Shown here piece after piece: positions 59,970-64,000 of a DNA stretch of 64,000 nucleotides; within the stretch, counting starts at the first letter, position 1; each line of letters opens with the position of its first letter. The stretch lies in assembly GCA_963748665.1 (NCBI GenBank), contig CAVVJW010000036.1, positions 19,655-83,654 on the forward strand, in the 5' to 3' direction. The position numbers and the translations under genes were made by a program. The notes beneath the pieces are model-generated. The model was given only the letters and a program-made list of their open reading frames with translations, was not told the DNA's origin and did no database searches. The stretch is from Ignavibacteriota bacterium (lineage in GTDB: Bacteria > Bacteroidota > Ignavibacteria > Tepidaquicellales > Tepidaquicellaceae).

Positions 59970-61340
59970 TTATTCATTTCCGTGACAAACACTAAATATC
60001 TTTCCGCTTCCGCAGGAACACAAATCATTTGCTCCTCTTTTTGCATCATCCGATGCATACAATTTCACTATATCAGAAGGTGCAAGATTTTGATTTAACA
60101 ACTGAACCATAGTACGCATAGCAGGTTGTGTGTGTTTGTAAAAAAGTTCAAGACCTTCGCACAAATAATTTTGACCTTCTTCGCCATCGCGTGAAAGTGC
60201 AAACCTGTCTTTCGGACATCCGCCATTGCATAATTGACGAACCTCACATTTCCTGCATTGTTCAGTGAGTGTATCATACTTATCCATTCCAAATTTTCGT
60301 TGCTGTGGAGAGGCGATAAGGTTCAGCATGTGTGTTTCGTGAATGTTTCCGAGTTTAAACTTTGGTTCAACGAAGTGGTCGCAGGAATAAAGGTCGCCGT
60401 TGTGTTCGAGCGCAGGACCGTATCCGCAGGACGGTGCGTGAATGCAAAGCAGATGCCTGCCAAAATAAGACTCAAGTGTAACGTCGAACATCTGCACAAA
60501 AACTTCTCCGATATCTTTTCGTACCCACTCTTCGAATACGTCAATAAGAAATTGTCCGTATTGCCTGCCGCCGACAGTTCTTTCGGTAACGAGGTTACCT
60601 TCCTGAGTGTAGAGCAGACGCTTACTTCCGGGCTGTTCGCTCCATCCTTTATTTGCTACTTCCAGAGTTTCTTCGGTTGCTCTTTCAACAATTGGTATGA
60701 ACTGAATCCAGTTTGCTTTTAGTTCGTCGCGGAAGAAACGGTAAACGTCGCGTCCGTGGTATTGATTAGCGGCATTGACTGTACAAAGAATATTGAAATC
60801 AACTTTATGTTTTTGCAAATACCTCCAGCCTTTCATAACTTTGTCAAATGTTCCGTTGCCGTTGCGGTCAAGTCTGTACAGTATCGTGAATCTCACGAGG
60901 TCCGTCAACACTTAAGCCTATTAGAAAATTATGCTTTCTTAAAAAATCTGCACCAGTCATCATCGAGCAGTAAACCGTTTGTCTGAAATGTATGCTGAAC
61001 AGACTTGATTGGGTTTCCTGTACTTTTCAACTATTTCCACTGAACGTTTAAAAAACTCAAGCCTCATTAGAGTTGGCTCTCCGCCCTGCCAGGCAACCGT
61101 AACTTCAGGAGTGCGGTGTGACTCAAGCAATTGCTTTATGTAAACTTCAAGAGTATCCATAGACATACGGCTCTTCTCATTCGGATAAAGTGCCTCCTTC
61201 GATAAGAAAAAGCAGTAAGTACAATCTATGTTACACGTTGACCCGCTTGGCTTTGCCAGCAAGTGAAACATCGGCGGAGCATCGGCAGGAAAATCAGTCA
61301 AAGGACTTTTAAAATTATTTTTAGTATCAGTGTTTGTCAA
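59970..61340 (-). pseudogene. Anaerobic sulfatase-maturating enzyme (radical SAM/SPASM) with C-terminal SEC-C motif; three frame breaks as assembled
   Basis: ORFs 60960-61340 (CNIDCTYCF) and 59970-60911 (CRKCEVRQLCNGGCPKDR) lie in the same frame. They are separated by three one-base shifts at about 61002, 60934 and 60882 (VQHTFQTNGLLLDDDWCRFFKK / HNFLIGLSVDGPREIHD). The tail is CSCGSGKIFSVCHG. Confidence 0.8.
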
Positions 61341-61378
61341 ATTATTAATTTAATTTAATTATTAAGATATAACTTACT

Positions 61379-62179
61379 TTAGGGTGTTATCGATACTTTT
61401 GGCGATTCCTCCATAAATGCTCTGACATCAATCAGAGGCTGCTGAGTAACAGGAAGAATACTGCTGTTCGGTCTGTCAAGAGAAACTATCAGCGATATTA
61501 CGAGAGAGAACGTGAGAATCATAACCGGAGTTAGCCAAGACTTTCGGCTTGAGCCTGAAACGGCAACCTGATATCCTACACTGAACATACCGAGTATGAT
61601 TAATATAAAAAGCAGTACCAGAATTACAGTCGGTATTCTTGCCTGCATACCAACAGCAACACGAAGTGCCTGTAAATTTATCATCTCATTCACGGATTCA
61701 ATGTATAATGCTCCGATATCAGAATTCATATCCTTCCTTGCGTTTACTACCGCCATCTCCCAGATTTTATTCTGTATTATGTTTGATTCATTAAGCATTA
61801 CCTGAATCTCCTCAGGTTCATGTTTTTGAGTTGCTAAGTTAATGCGAAGGTCAACATACTTCTTCAGTAGTGTTAATGTTTCCCGGCGGTCCTGTTCCTG
61901 CAGAAAAGCTGACCTCAGCCACGTAGTTCGTATTAAGTTTGCTTCTTCGCGAACAAGTTCTTTTTTTGAATCGTACCTGCTGTAAACTATTCCAAAAGTG
62001 AACACCAGAATAAAACCGAGCAGACCAAGAATAGCCGCCGAATTGTGAGACGTAATTTTCTCTTTGGCTTTTTTCGAATTCTCAGAGTGTGTATTTCCCG
62101 CTTTGAATCCGAGTTCTATAACAGCATAAATAATAATTACAACCGCAGCAAAAAGTACTCCAATTGGAATTGAATCCAT
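61379..62179 (-). CDS. DUF4239-like membrane protein, paralog 2
   Basis: 266 aa. Contains SRYDSKKELVREEANLIRTTWLRSAFLQ. Collinear with 26906-27691. Confidence 0.5.
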   Translation of the reverse strand: MDSIPIGVLFAAVVIIIYAVIELGFKAGNTHSENSKKAKEKITSHNSAAILGLLGFILVFTFGIVYSRYDSKKELVREEANLIRTTWLRSAFLQEQDRRETLTLLKKYVDLRINLATQKHEPEEIQVMLNESNIIQNKIWEMAVVNARKDMNSDIGALYIESVNEMINLQALRVAVGMQARIPTVILVLLFILIILGMFSVGYQVAVSGSSRKSWLTPVMILTFSLVISLIVSLDRPNSSILPVTQQPLIDVRAFMEESPKVSITP

Positions 62180-62387
62180 ATTCTATTATTCCTTCTTTTT
62201 ATGTTTAATAAAATATAAAAATAATTAATATTGTAATATACTTATTGTAAGTATAAAATTTGATTGAATTAAATAATTTAAAAAGTGAAGATATTCAATA
62301 ATACATTAGTATTATACCTAATGCGGAAATTTTTAACTCTTAACTTTACCAGGATGCTTTACACTTAACGGTTTTTAGTAATATTAT

Positions 62388-62415
62388 GACAAGCGAACCA
62401 TAAGGTTCGCTTGTC
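62388..62415 (-). terminator. 12-bp hairpin after sulfatase 3
   Basis: gacaagcgaacc (62388-62399) / ggttcgcttgtc (62404-62415). The T-tract is weak. Confidence 0.55.
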
Positions 62416-62432
62416 TATTATTATAAACATAT

Positions 62433-64000
62433 TTATTGTCTCATCATTATCATTTTCATTGCATGTTCGTCATCTTTTATCAGTTCACCGCTTACATCAA
62501 CTGTTGCACTGAAAAGTTTTCCTGTAAATTTAAATGGTGGTTTATATTTATTCCAGACCGGCGAACCCGCATCAGCACCGCAAACAAAACCGCCGCCTAA
62601 TCCTAATGAAAGAGGCATAGTTAAAGGAATTTCAACCTGCCCAACCAGTTTACCATCGATATAAATCTGACCAAGTCCGGGAGCGCCTTTCCCGTTTGCT
62701 ATATCAGGTTTGCCTGTAACTTCAAATTCGAAACGGAGTTTATGGCGTCCTTCAGGAACGGATACATTTGATTCTACGTGGAAGAAGTTACTCGCTACAT
62801 AGTTATAAACATAATTCAGTTTACCATTCTGTACGTAGAATGCAAAACCTCCCTGTACATCGCCTGCCGAGAAGAGCACACCTTCTGCTCCGCCTTTAGG
62901 AATTTCAACATCTGCAGTTATACTGTGAGGTCTGTTCAGTACGTTCGGACAGGCATTGATAGGTATTGCCTGTGTATCAGGATAATAAGTATAACTGTTT
63001 CTTGCAACTGCAATCTGGGGACGCGGGTCTGCAAACCTTAACGTACCGCGTGAATCAACAGGAAGAACATTGTACTTACCTGCTTCAACATACCAGGTGG
63101 CAATCATTTCAATCAGTTTTGCTTTGTTGTCTTCTGCTAAATTGTAGTTCTCTGCAAAGTCTTTTTCTATATTATAGAGTTCCCAATTTTTAGCATCGAG
63201 TTCGGTTAATTTATCTTTATCTATCGGTGCTCCGAAGAACATACCCGCCTCAGTAAAGGAAGCTCCGGGCCATGGACAAACCGCACGCCAGCCGTCGTGA
63301 TATATTGAGCGGTGTCCCATCATTTCAAAATACTGTGTTATATGTTTGGTCGGAGCATTAGCATCGTTTAATGCTTCAGCAAAACTAAGACCTTCAATCG
63401 GTGATTGTGTTACACCTTTTATTGTTGTAGGTGCTTCGATATTGAGTGCTTCAAGTATAGTTGGGACCATATCGATTGCGTGTGCATATTGTGTACGGAC
63501 TTTACCTTTTTCTTTTATTCCATTAGGCCAGTGCACAATAAACGGATCACTGATACCTCCGCGGTATGTTTCGCGTTTCCAGCGGCGGAATGGCGTATTA
63601 CCTGCAAATGTCCAGCCCCAGGCATAATGATTGAATGTGCTTGGTCCGCCAAGTTCATCTATCATTGCTAAATTTTGCTCGAGTGAATCAGGAACATTGT
63701 TAAAGAATTTATTTTCATTAACGGAACCCGATGGTCCGCCTTCTGAACTGGCACCATTATCAGAGATGAACATAATAATAGTATTATCCCATTCGTTCAG
63801 AGATTTAAGGAAATTGAATAAACGTCCGTAATGATAATCTGTATGCGTAAGAAATCCTGCAAAAACCTCCATCATTCTTGCATACAATTTCTTTTCTCCG
63901 TCGGAGAGAGTATTCCAGTCCTGTACATCAGGGTCGTGCCTGGAAAGTTCAGCGTCCTGCGGAATTATACCAAGTTCTTTCTGCCGCGCAAAAGTAGTTT
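62433..64000 (-). CDS. Arylsulfatase 3 (paralog of sulfatase 1), 5' end outside the window
   Basis: The frame is open to the window edge (..TTFARQKELGIIPQDAELSRHDPDVQDWNTLSDGEKKLYARMMEVFAGFLTHTDYHYGRL..) and is collinear with the C-terminal two thirds of 23458-25830. Confidence 0.8.
   Translation of the reverse strand, partial: TTFARQKELGIIPQDAELSRHDPDVQDWNTLSDGEKKLYARMMEVFAGFLTHTDYHYGRLFNFLKSLNEWDNTIIMFISDNGASSEGGPSGSVNENKFFNNVPDSLEQNLAMIDELGGPSTFNHYAWGWTFAGNTPFRRWKRETYRGGISDPFIVHWPNGIKEKGKVRTQYAHAIDMVPTILEALNIEAPTTIKGVTQSPIEGLSFAEALNDANAPTKHITQYFEMMGHRSIYHDGWRAVCPWPGASFTEAGMFFGAPIDKDKLTELDAKNWELYNIEKDFAENYNLAEDNKAKLIEMIATWYVEAGKYNVLPVDSRGTLRFADPRPQIAVARNSYTYYPDTQAIPINACPNVLNRPHSITADVEIPKGGAEGVLFSAGDVQGGFAFYVQNGKLNYVYNYVASNFFHVESNVSVPEGRHKLRFEFEVTGKPDIANGKGAPGLGQIYIDGKLVGQVEIPLTMPLSLGLGGGFVCGADAGSPVWNKYKPPFKFTGKLFSATVDVSGELIKDDEHAMKMIMMRQ

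Noticed and set aside
1-64000. Prophage, transposon, integron, toxin-antitoxin or known anti-phage defence systems.
   Set aside because: I recognised no integrase, transposase, recombinase, nuclease/helicase/ATPase defence hallmarks, terminal inverted repeats or attC-like sites in any frame. The only mobility hint is the integrase-less 25-nt direct repeat around the GRE2 cassette.

Overview
This window is 64 kb of an AT-rich, evidently anaerobic Gram-negative genome. Outer-membrane beta-barrel genes occur throughout. The intergenic 'word' repeats are of a kind I associate with FCB-group (Bacteroidota/Ignavibacteriota-like) bacteria, but the taxon is inference only. I recognised no rRNA, tRNA, CRISPR/cas, transposase, integrase or phage genes. 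Layout: (i) 0.3-12.2 kb (+) holds a glycyl radical enzyme (GRE) and its radical-SAM activase inside an unusual, internally duplicated accessory set. That set is three PFK-fold paralogs with degenerate kinase motifs, two Cys-rich Fe-S proteins, a small ferredoxin and two BASS/ACR3-fold permeases. (ii) 12.5-18.5 kb (+) holds an AI-2E permease and a sulfur module: rhodanese, a DszB-like desulfinase homolog, a crotonase and a CoA-disulfide-reductase/rhodanese fusion. (iii) 18.5-31.4 kb holds envelope genes, an ABM-domain pair, a Cys-type sulfatase, a DUF4239 protein, a pentapeptide-repeat protein and two blocks of tandem repeats. (iv) 31.7-37.4 kb (-) holds a second GRE cassette (GRE, SDR, a fourth PFK-fold paralog, activase). 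It looks G+C-richer by eye and is bracketed by a 25-nt direct repeat. (v) 37.5-51.8 kb (-) holds an amidohydrolase, a secreted glutaminase, many porins/OMPs, a SulP transporter and lipoproteins. (vi) 52.1-56.3 kb (-) holds a cytochrome b / Rieske / octahaem-TPR module. (vii) 56.6-64 kb (-) holds two more sulfatases, an anaerobic sulfatase maturase and a second DUF4239 protein. About 25 single-base frame breaks split about 16 genes. Most behave as one extra base and several sit in homopolymer runs, so either the assembly carries indel errors or the genes are decaying. Coordinates of broken genes are my reconstructions. The best candidate for a new system is the GRE / PFK-fold pseudokinase / Fe-S protein / permease gene set, which is present in two syntenic versions.
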